A stretch of 49,987 nt of DNA from Trichoplax sp. H2 (lineage: Eukaryota). The stretch covers positions 806,001 through 855,987 of the forward strand of contig NOWV01000017.1 in the NCBI GenBank assembly GCA_003344405.1, read 5' to 3'. Within the stretch, counting starts at the first letter, position 1, and every line of letters starts with the position of its first letter. Positions 39,340-49,987 of the stretch are shown piece by piece. The translations under genes and the position numbers were made by a program. The notes beneath the pieces are model-generated. The model was given only the letters and a program-made list of their open reading frames with translations. It did not search any database and was not told the origin of the DNA.

Positions 39340-40370
39340 TTTCACACATTGAGAAATTGATTCGTGGCCATGAATTAGACTGATGCGGAAGTTATTCCTA
39401 GCCAAACCTTCAATCATTACTTGAATTTATCAGGATTTACAAAATTAAATTTTGACCATAAATCCAATAGAAAAGTATTCTTAAGAGAAAGACTTTATCA
39501 TGGCTTGAAAATGAATTGATACCTAAAGAAATGCGCCATCGCTACTTGAAATTGACTCTTCGAAGTTTGTAAACCTTGGATATGAATTTATCACGAGTAG
39601 TAAACCGAGTTTTTCGTTATGGATTGAATAAATTACCGGCAACTTGCAAAATCAGTCATAATACAAAATTCTGAGAGGATTTTACCCGATTTCGTAAATA
39701 TCTATCAACATATTGCGAAATCAGGGAATGCCTGAAATTCTCAAGCTGCCGTTAACAATACATTCCTAAAGCAAGCTCCTAATCGATAATATGTATAATT
39801 GAAAATGAATTTCTCAGCGATGTAAACTGAAACTTGATCATAAATGGAGTTTATATAACTAAATCAAACATTCCATCTTGACTTAAAAAAATAAATTTAG
39901 TTCAGTTTAAGAGCTGAATATTGGTCATGAATTCAATGCCGTATTCTGTATTCCTAAAGCGCTCAATCGTTACTTAAAATGAATTGATTACGATTTATAA
40001 ACTGAATCTTGATCATAAACCGAATTTATTCCTAACATAAGCACCCAATCCATATTTGAAAAATGAACTTATCAATATTTATAAGCTGAATCTTGATCAT
40101 AACCACCCAATCTATGCTTGAAAATGAATCTATCAGAGTTTGTAAACTGAATCGCAAATAGAATTCACTCCTAAATTCAACGCTCCACCATTGCTCAAAA
40201 AATGAACTAATCTCAGTTTAAAAGCTTTACACTGGTCGAGAATTGAATCTATTCTCAAGTAAGCGCCCAGCTAACACTTAAAAATGAATTCATTAGAGGT
40301 AGAAACTGAGCTGTGATCATGAATTGAATGTATTCCTAAAGAAATTTTTCATCACGGCTTGAAAAATGAT
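39340..40370. repeat. Degenerate tandem array, about 10-12 copies of a ~80-88 bp unit
   Basis: Recurring ttgaaaatgaatt...tataaactgaatcttgatcataaa...ttattcctaaa..aagcgc.caatcgttact. The ctgaa-like anchor recurs at about 39827, 39914, 40002, 40086, 40147, 40225 and 40306. Confidence 0.8.
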
Positions 40371-40380
40371 CTAAATCTCC

Positions 40381-40575
40381 ATCAAACTATCCTAACTCGC
40401 TTCGTTTTAAGCCTTTCAAGTGGTCCAAAACGAATACTTTCAGCGCTCATTTTCTCATTTTTATGCTTCAAAGACGTTAACGTTACCGACATTGCATAAT
40501 ATCTTGTCAAACTATCCTAACCTGCTTCACTTTTAATCATTTTAAGCGATATAAAATGACAAAATTTTGCGCATT
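40381..40575. repeat. Two diverged direct repeats about 125 bp apart
   Basis: tcaaactatcctaac..gcttc..ttttaa at ~40382 and ~40507. Confidence 0.6.
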
Positions 40576-40879
40576 TTCCATGCTAATCAAAACAATCATA
40601 GGTCTTACCAAGTTAAGAAGGATAATTATTGAAGCTAAAAATAAGATAATTATTGTCATTTAGAACTTAAATACGCTATATGTCATAATTAGATTATGTT
40701 ACTAGTCATAATTGAATCTTCTTAGAATAAAAGTAATTTGATTGCATTGGCATTGTTGGTAAAGTTCATCATCAAACTATTTCTACTGGAAATATTGAGG
40801 ACTACAAGGCTCATACAGTAGCAGAGGAAGAAGGGCGATAAAGTGCCATTGGAAATTAATTCTCTATATTGTAAGTGAA

Positions 40880-41600
40880 GGTAAAATTTGAAAGCAAACT
40901 GTTCTTCCAATAAGAATTGTAAAACATTTTTGAATAGTTCAAGGTGTAAAAGAGGAGACAGGATTAATGAAGGAAAGAGTTGTTAGAATATTTTTAGATT
41001 AAATTGTAACCAACAACTGGAAAGTTTGCAATAGAAACGCTTCCTTAAATAGAAATTTTGAATATTGCTGTAAAACTTGTAAGGAAGATATTCCTTCAGT
41101 GAAAATTATCAAGGTGTAAAAGAGGATACAAGATTAATGAAGGAAACAGTTTAAGATGAAATGGTTACCAACAACCGTAAAGTTTGCAAGGGAAACATTC
41201 CTAAAATAGAATTTTTCAAGCTAGCGTTCTATTTGTAAGCAAGATTCCTCGATGGAAATTATGAAGGTGTGAAAGGGGATGCAAGATTAATGAGGGAATA
41301 AAGTTTAAGATAAAATGGTAACCAACAACCGTCAAGTATGCAATGGAAACTTTCCTAAAATAGAAATTTTCAAGCTAACTGCAAAATTTGTGAGCAAAGT
41401 ATTTCTCCAATAGAGAATGGTGAAAAACTCCTTCGAATATTGAGAGGGGTGGAAAATTATATAACTACTACTGTAAAGCTTGTAATGGAACATTTCTAGA
41501 ATAGAAATTTTCGATATAGACGTAAAATTTGTAAGCGGTATGTTCCTCCAATGAAAATTATAAAAACTCTTTCGAGTAATTAAGGACAGAGTTGTTACAA
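40880..41600. repeat. Degenerate tandem array, about 4-5 copies of a ~150-170 bp unit
   Basis: t(c/g)aaggtgt(a/g)aaag(a/g)gga..ca(a/g)gattaatga(a/g)ggaa at ~40939, 41109 and 41262; aaccaacaac..aagtttgcaa..gaaac..tcctaaaatagaa.tttt and aaaatttgt.agc...ctccaat blocks also repeat to ~41580. Confidence 0.85.
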
Positions 41601-44600
41601 CTACTATCTGTATGAAAACTCTCCGCCTATACGAAATTGGTTATTTATTATCTAAAATTCTTAAGGGGCTACAAGATTAATTAAAGATCTAACGGGATTG
41701 GAATAAAGCTGTTAAAAGAAAGCGTTGCTAAATTGTGGCTAACGTTGTAACCAAGATCCGTAAACTCGAATTTTTCTAAGATTGAATGATAACTTTCTGT
41801 TGTGGCTGTTATTATTTTGGTGCAGAAAGCATGGCTATAAATTGAAATATCTGTAATGGCTGCTGACAAAGACCAGCTACATCATTCTTATGATGTAATA
41901 CTAGCAAAATACAGCATGGACAGATAGATGTTGCAGTGCTAAATTGATTCATTTCTGTGGAGGATAGAGCTCAAAGTCATGAAGTTTACGCATATATGCA
42001 AGTTAAGCCTGATTTTCTTTCAGACTCTATGATGTTGGGACAAAAAAACAGCCCTTTACCCTTAATAAGAAGGATTAGTCATACAATATATAGAGCACCT
42101 AATTCACGTAGAGAGTAAAATTTCCAGTGTCGACAAAATACAAACTAAGCTTAATTAGTAGGAGCTCTCCCGTTATAGTGGAGAAAAAGTCTGCAAATGA
42201 ACAAAAAAACCCCTTGAGTCGTGTCTGTTTTTTCTTAAAACTGTCTAATCGCAGAATCACTTCTACACTCTTGTATAACTGTTTATCTTGTGGTAATCGA
42301 TTAATTATCAACATAGAAAGTAGAGTTCTTCGGTCTAGAAAAAACCTAGCGACTGAATTTTAGAAAAGATGCTGTTATCCATTAAAAAAGCTTGTTTACA
42401 AACGATAATTTAGAACAATTTTAACGATATGGATAATAGTGGAATGGTTATCCATGACATACGCGTGTTAGTTCAGTATAGTAAACAAGGAATCAATTGG
42501 TTATTTTAGCTTAGACAGTTCTACATTTTTAGCTAGCATAATGATAATACTAAGTTTCAAAATGAGAAAGAGGTACGTTCAACGTTAGCGAAAATTTTAA
42601 AGATATTCTAACCGATCGACCACAGTTGTAGTCCAAAAATGGCAGAGATGTAAATAATTTCAATTAAATAATTTCATGCATAGTACAGCATCGTCAACAA
42701 TTAACCATATTGCCAACAAACTATTGACTATTAATATACAAATTTCTGAATTTTGGCTCCCAATTAGATTTCCACGTGATCTTAAAAAAACCACGCTTAA
42801 TAGAAGACCAGCCAAAAATGTTATTGCTTACTTATGATCATAAATTAATATTGGAAAAGAAATTCAGGATGAAATTCGATCATAAGATGAGCTCAATCAC
42901 ACAAGCGTTGATATTCTTGAGAATGGATTGCAGTATCATTTTACATCCAATTTAGGATGTAATAATTAGGAATGAGGTAATGGTTACCGCAATCAGATTA
43001 TAGCTCTAAGATTTGGATGTTTAATTGACTTAATTGCAATACAATCTAATATTTATAAGTCCATATGACCTGATGAAAAGACAAAGACTAGTGAAAATGG
43101 GATTGCTTATTTTAGGATAGTTCAAATATAAGCCTATACTCGTCTTCTACAGGACAATTTACAAAATATGGATAAATGATTAGAAGTAGAGAGAATTTTA
43201 TAGTAACATCTGTGTTTGGAATCAATAAATATTTATATTGGGCATGGTAAATCATTGCTACCAGGGTGAAAGCCAAGGTACAACACAAAGTCCAATTCTG
43301 ACGTCTATAAAATGGCGATTGATAGTAAATTGCTGTCCTGTTTATCCTTTATGCTACGTACTATTTCTATTAGTGTCTCTAACTAAAATCATAGATCTTT
43401 CAACAATTTTTACTCTAGTAAAATAAAAGCTAAAAATTTTTCAATTATATCTAAGTCATGAAGTTTTAGAGCCAGGATAACAAACGTGTAGCCATCAGAA
43501 CGGAAGTTATATAGAGCAAAGGTGTATGTTTTATCGTAGTATTAGATATATCAATGACTAACGTAAAGAAGTAGGAAGGTTTCTCTGTCAATATATTTCT
43601 ATACATTTTACCACGCAGAATGAATAAAATCTCGCAAAACTACCCGTATATCCAAATATTGCTTATGCTCATACTCTGTGAGCTGATAATATAGATTCCC
43701 CAAATCATGTCAAAATGTGAAATTAAAGTATCAATAATCCGATAAACATACAAAAAAATCATTTGAAGATCCAGTTGAAACATTGCAGTGAACAATGGAA
43801 GATCAAGATATTTTTACCGGGATTGGTTCCACGAAATGAAGATAATAAATTTTAGTAAACTACCTCATGCTTTTAAGCAGTAGACTACTTTCTGTCTACG
43901 ATAATTGAAACATGAGCAATAAGTAGCACAACTTATGGCAAGCCAAATCTGGCCATATAATTCAATGAGAGAAGAGGGAGAGAAAAGAAATCAATGATAA
44001 AATTTTAACTAAAATAAACAATATAACTTATGGCTAACCTGGATTGGCTTGAGAAAATCTCGACCGAGATTAAGCATTATACATCTTGAACAAGAATGGT
44101 ATCAAATGTTGCTATAACATTAAGTATGGACTTTTTTACCGCTATTGATCACGCTTATATATACGTATGCTTAAGGAACGAGAGAAAGATGGAAGAAAGA
44201 AAAGATTTAATCTTAGATAGAATAGATTTTAAATTATGTTGATCGTGGAAATAAATCAGTTGCATCACCATTGATGCAGACGTGAAATAAAGCATATAGG
44301 AATAAGGTGATTTTCGGAAGAAGCTTTATTTTGCCAACATTCAATTCCAGGTTAAGCTGTCGTATGTTTGATGTACAGTAAGGAATACTAATTTTCTAAT
44401 ATTTCCATATAGCGGTTAATTTAAGGGATAAGGAGTAAGATCTATACTAGTGATGGGTTATAATATAGGCCAATCAATAATAAATGGGTAGTCTAGGTTT
44501 GCTTTATTCATTTTTATTCAAATTAATTAGTGGGTTATTAAAATTTTCTCTCATTCTCTTACCCCACCCTATCACTCACTTTTAGTGATTAGCCTGATTA

Positions 44601-47600
44601 AATACAGGAAAATATTCAGCATGCCCATTTCAGTAGATTTGCGTAGGACGAAGAAATAGATCATTTCATAGTATATCATTATTAAAGAAAATATTAACAG
44701 ATGGTTTAACTTGAGTATTAATTAAATTGATGTCGCAGGCCATACGGTTACAGAATATAGTCAAAATTGCTTACTTTATCAAGAAATAGCAGAGATAGAC
44801 TTATATATGTATATATACATATACAGATCATGATGGCAATAATTAAATATTCCTTATATGAAACATGCTGGTAACACCTTTATTGATATTAGGAGATGCG
44901 ATAGGAGGGGTATGTGGGGATAATATGCATGTAAAATCAGGCTGATTAGAATTTATATGAAAGATTCGGTTTTAATTTAGAAATTTCAATCCTGGACTTT
45001 AGAGTAATCTAGCAGAATCAAATTATGGTAAGATTAAGATCTGACATCTAACCTCGATGGGAAAATCCTCTTTAATTTTCCAACGCAGACTGATTTCGTA
45101 AAATAGTCCTTGATACTATTTCTATTTTAATAAGGATTATTGCAAAAAATTTCGTATTGTAAGTCGGATATGTACAAATTTTAAAGATACTAAAGAATAA
45201 GTGAGTAAATTATTGCAAGTAGTTATGATATATATTTTATAAAATTACGACAGCATTTAAATTTAAAAATTTACTTGAAATTAATTATGATTATGTTACT
45301 TATAAATCTTTATAAAAATTTATTCATTTTTTAATTATGAGTAGATGATGCTTAGAGCTAGTTTTAAAATTTATGGTATCAATAATATTCTGAAGTCCTC
45401 TTTAAATCAATACGTTTAGTAGTATAAAACAATTTATCATTTTATAGTAAAGCCTAGATGATAATTAAGAGACTTAATGAGCTATAAGTCTACGCCAGCA
45501 TTGATATGCAGGTATTAAAAAAATCATTAGAAATTAGTCACAAAATCTAAATTTTATAAAAGTTATTTAAACGTAACTGGTATGTTGATGATTGCAAAGT
45601 ATTTAAGGTAATTATTAACCTAATCATCATTATCTTGAAGTTTCCTATAATTATTTTGTTTTAATATAGACGTCAGTTATAATTAAACAGCTAGAATTAG
45701 TTGTAGATTTGGAATAACATTCCCATTCAGAAATCCTCTAGAGTCTGCAATGGCAATTTCTAATTGGTATGAAATTAATATTTAAGCGTCTAAATCATTT
45801 CGAATTATTTAGTAGATTCTTATCAAAGGCTATAGCTCAATATTGTAACTTTGTGAGATAGTGATTCATTTTAAATGTTTATAGAATCAATCATTGATAA
45901 TGAAAGGGCTCTATAATATGATACGGCAGTCATTTAGAAATTATACTCGCATGTCAAATCCGTGTGAGGCTTTTTTATTTTTTACGGGTTATCAAACCTA
46001 GATATTACCTTACATCATGATTTAATGATCTTAAGCAGTTATGCAAAGCACTATCATGATTTACGATAGTTCTAAAAGTATATTTAGTAGTATCATTTTA
46101 AACTGTCATTAAATATTGATGAACGTTTAAGAAACATCGTAAGAGCTTCTGTTGATAACATAATATCTAAAGTCTGTAGGTTAATGATCTGTGAAAATGT
46201 TACATTAATACTAGAAGAACATTTGACGACACAAGTAAAATCTTCCGTCTTTAATTTATATAAATTATAATGGAAATACTTTTGTATGAATAATTTTAGA
46301 TTCCACATCATCAGCCAGTTTTAATCTGAATATCCTTAAGCTTATCTTTGATTCTTTTATTCATCAGACATAGAAACAATTAACGTCTCATACAGATATC
46401 AAAAAATTAAATGGTCTAGCGGAAGTATTCTTAATTACAGTCTGGATTCGATATTATTACTGAATTTCAATTTCACAATTAATTTTTGAATTTGTCCTAT
46501 AGCAGTTATCACATAACACACCAGAGAATACGTCAGATTTTGAAGTATAACGTAGTTTCCTATCATTGAGATAACTTAGATACTATAAGCTTGATCCATT
46601 TAACGAAATTAATTTTCTACCGATATTATGATACTAGATCTTGGTATAAAAATGATCCAGTTTCAAGTGTCAAGTTCCTTTTAGTTATAGCAACTGATCC
46701 GCATTATCTTGTAAATTCTGTTAATATTTCATTAGTCAAGGATTTATAGTGTGAGTCCTGATTTTTGACATTTTCGTTGCTGATAAAGCAAAACAAGATG
46801 ACTTTGAGAAGTATATAAAATTTACCCCCGCCTAATACTTAAATTCTTTACATTAGCTTTATGATAGTTTGCCGTAGTTCGATGTTTACTCACTTTATTT
46901 TGCAATCCTAGAATCAAGCTATGCCAGATATACTATAAGTAGATCTAATTCTTCTTATTTCAAATTTAAAGAAGAAGATATTGGGCTTTTAAAATATTCT
47001 GCCATCAATTACATTGTACCACTGATATGAATATGTGCTAGCTTGATAGTTTAGTTTTGGCTCGCAAGATCTTACTTAACTTATAGGAATATCACTTTGA
47101 TTTTGAATGTTAGTAAATATCAATGTGTCATGATTTTAAAGAATTTCATTTGATTAGCAATTAAGAGTAAAGAGAAAGAGGGTTCACGGTTGAAAATATT
47201 GTTTGATAGTGCTAAAATTAATGAAATGTTATTATTTCTAAGATTTGATGAAATTTAATTTCATATTCAGTTTTTAAAGTTTAAACACAGTTAGTTTTGT
47301 CACTTGAACCATCAACCATGATAACTTCCAAGATAACACGATCAGAGCTATACTTTGAAAGATTCTATGGCTATAGTTTTACGTAATTTCGTCAAGAATG
47401 ATATTATTTCTTAATTAAATCTTGCGAGAGGATACACAGTATTTGGATTACTGTAGTAGATAATCGTTTCGACAAATAATTTAATTTTTATATCTAGTCA
47501 ACACGAGTATGATGACTATAACTAAATATGGCAGGCAAAAATTAAAATTAAATAAACTTTTTGATACAGATATAAAGGAAGGTAAATCCAATTACGATAG

Positions 47601-49987
47601 TAAACCGAGCAAATTAATAGTGAAACGTAGTTTTTATGGTAAATTTTATGCTTTGTTGTTTAAGTGTGTGTCGTTAATGAAGGAAAGTATTTCATCTACT
47701 GAAGGAAAAGATTTCTTTCACTGAATTTTTAGAGGAAATTTTTGATAACTAATTTTCATTCTAAATGAGAATGTGATCAATGCAACCGCATTCATGGGTT
47801 TTAAGCAGTGTTTCTATCCACGATACGGTTGAACTTGTAATACTGTAGAGAGGAAAGATTATGTTTATATTTTCTATATGATCGCCGCTGCATTGTTGTC
47901 TAGCCGTTGAAAATTTATATTTCGTACGATCTTGAAAATAAAGTCATAAATGTAATAAATGCTCTATCATCTCTGGATATGTCCGGATATTAAAATAAAG
48001 TTGGACTTAAAATAAATAAAATTAAACTTTCTTTTCAGGTCACTAATCAGCCTGTCCATACTTATAAGTATTAGTACAAAGTGTTATTAGATTAATTTCA
48101 GTATCGATTAGAAATAAATAGTAAAGAAATCTGAAAAATAGTCTAGAGATTGAATTTGGTAAACTGATGTAGATATCAATTAAAGATTAAAGCAACATTG
48201 GAAGTATAAATTGATAGTCTTGACAGGATGATAAATATCGCGTTAAAATATTTCAATTTCTATACCAATCGAAATATTAAGTAATTCATTTTTACCTTGA
48301 CAACGCTCAATAAGGAAGAATCTGATGGACGTTAAAATGTTTGAAAGATCCGATGTTGCTAGCCGATTGATGGTCAATTTTACGTAAGTCAGCCAGCAAA
48401 ATGTGGAATGAAGATTATCCTAAATTCAAGAATGAATTCTTCGGTCTGATCAGGATGATGACGTCTAAATAAAATAGAAATATTATAAATGATAGAACAG
48501 TTTAGAAAGATATTAAAACTGCCTCTATCTTTCTTGAAATTATGGATTGTGTTTTTAAAGTCAATAACAAACAATATCAATGGCGTCTCGAAGATTGACA
48601 TCACTTTCCAAAGTATTGATAATTTAAAAATAAATAAAGTGTTTACAATGCTAATCAAATTTATAAGTAGAAAATATAATATTGGTTAACGCTGACCATG
48701 ATGATCGATCTACGGATATTTGAACTGTCCTACACGAGTTAACGTCTAATTAATGGCAGAATATCTTACTGGAATGGATCAATGTTCAACTAATTTTCTT
48801 CCTTAAACTGATGTCTAAACTGATGTCTAAACATGGCAATACCTAAATCAAAATGAGAATAGATATAGTTGGTGATCAATCCATTCGCCCATTTAAGAGA
48901 ATAAAAAGAAGGGAAAAGTCTTTCATTCATCTCCAGTTATTTATTTTAAATAATGATTGAAAATCGATAGATAATACAATAGTAGATATTGAGATTTCAC
49001 GTTCAATAAGGGTGAATTAAAGGCCGGACAAATATATATAAATCATCAATAGCTAAAGAATAGAATTATTGTTTTCATTCTTTTCTAACCTCAATTGCAT
49101 TCTTGATAGTCCAGTCTTATTAATTGATGGTAGAAATAGTCATTTTTAGGATTTTTCACTAAATAAAAGAAATAGAGAAAAGATAATTAAAAATATTTTA
49201 CACGTGGCAAACTGACCATCTCTAAAATGATGAATACATTCATCTCTAATATCTCTTCTATAGTAAATGTAATAGTTGAGATTATTCGAGTATCAAATCG
49301 AGATAATTTTGAAGATGGTCTTTTATACTTATTATAAATTCGCTTTTTACGTTGCTTTAAAATTCTATGTGAAAACTATTGTAGATCGAAGATTATCTTG
49401 TAGTTTTAATCGATGATGCCATAGTCAAGCACAGATGTAGACACTTTTATAATCAATTACATAAGATATTTTGAAAAATTGCATCGAGAAATTACTATTT
49501 CGTTATTAAATGAATTAGTATTGCAATAAGATCTGGGTATCATTAACACGGTAACGGTAGTAACTCATTTAAGATTTCCGCGAGAAAATTAGAGAGCTAT
49601 AAAATTATTAACATTAAAGTTATTGATAGCAATTAGTGAATAGCATAACAGTAATAACAGGATTTGGACGTTATTAGAATTAATTAGCTTGAAATATTTT
49701 GTAATAGCTATATCAGGAATTTATTATCCTGTTATTTTTAATGATCTTTAAGCAATGTGAAAATTTAAAACACCCTTAATAGCAATTAAAAATTTCATAC
49801 AGAAATTATCAAGCTCTGTTATTGCTGTCATTTAAGCTTTTGAAATCGAAATTTGAATTTCAGCACAGCATGTAAATTAACGGACAGTATCGCACCGCTG
49901 TTGAGATTTAGATAGTACAGTATTAAAACTTATTTGCTTAAAATACTGTCCGATAACTCGTATTAAGAATTTGTTGGACTTTTATTT

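Noticed and set aside
43750..43860. Fragment KIKIFLPGLVPRNED resembling the SGNH-like ORF1 of LINE elements
   Set aside because: Too short and flanked by stops; no reverse transcriptase or endonuclease remnant was recognisable nearby.
42099..48689. Scattered 60-90 aa ORFs in the distal region
   Set aside because: Ile/Lys/Phe-rich composition expected from random AT-rich DNA, with no motifs or compatible splice chain.

Overview
AT-rich eukaryotic (animal) genomic DNA with compact genes and many short GT-AG introns (mostly about 60-150 nt). This architecture is consistent with a placozoan such as Trichoplax, but that assignment is inference only. Splicing by eye gives six protein-coding genes: WDR90 (minus, 3' end runs off the window start), USP36/USP42-type deubiquitinase (minus), MED11 (plus, head-to-head with USP36), SNX8/Mvp1 with an extra N-terminal EH-like domain (minus), EVG1/C22orf23 (plus, largely missed by the ORF track), and a LIM + bMERB-like + CaaX protein of the MICAL-like/EHBP1 group (minus, tail-to-tail with EVG1). 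The last ~12 kb has no recognisable gene and holds two degenerate tandem-repeat arrays. Main points of interest: apparent ancient microsynteny with the human 7p22/16p13/17/22q13 paralogous regions; a spliced, partly broken upstream ORF running into the first EVG1 coding exon; TACTGTAC/TACAGTA clusters marking most gene 5' ends; and a decayed Tc1/mariner-like relic. No rRNA, tRNA or CRISPR array was seen.
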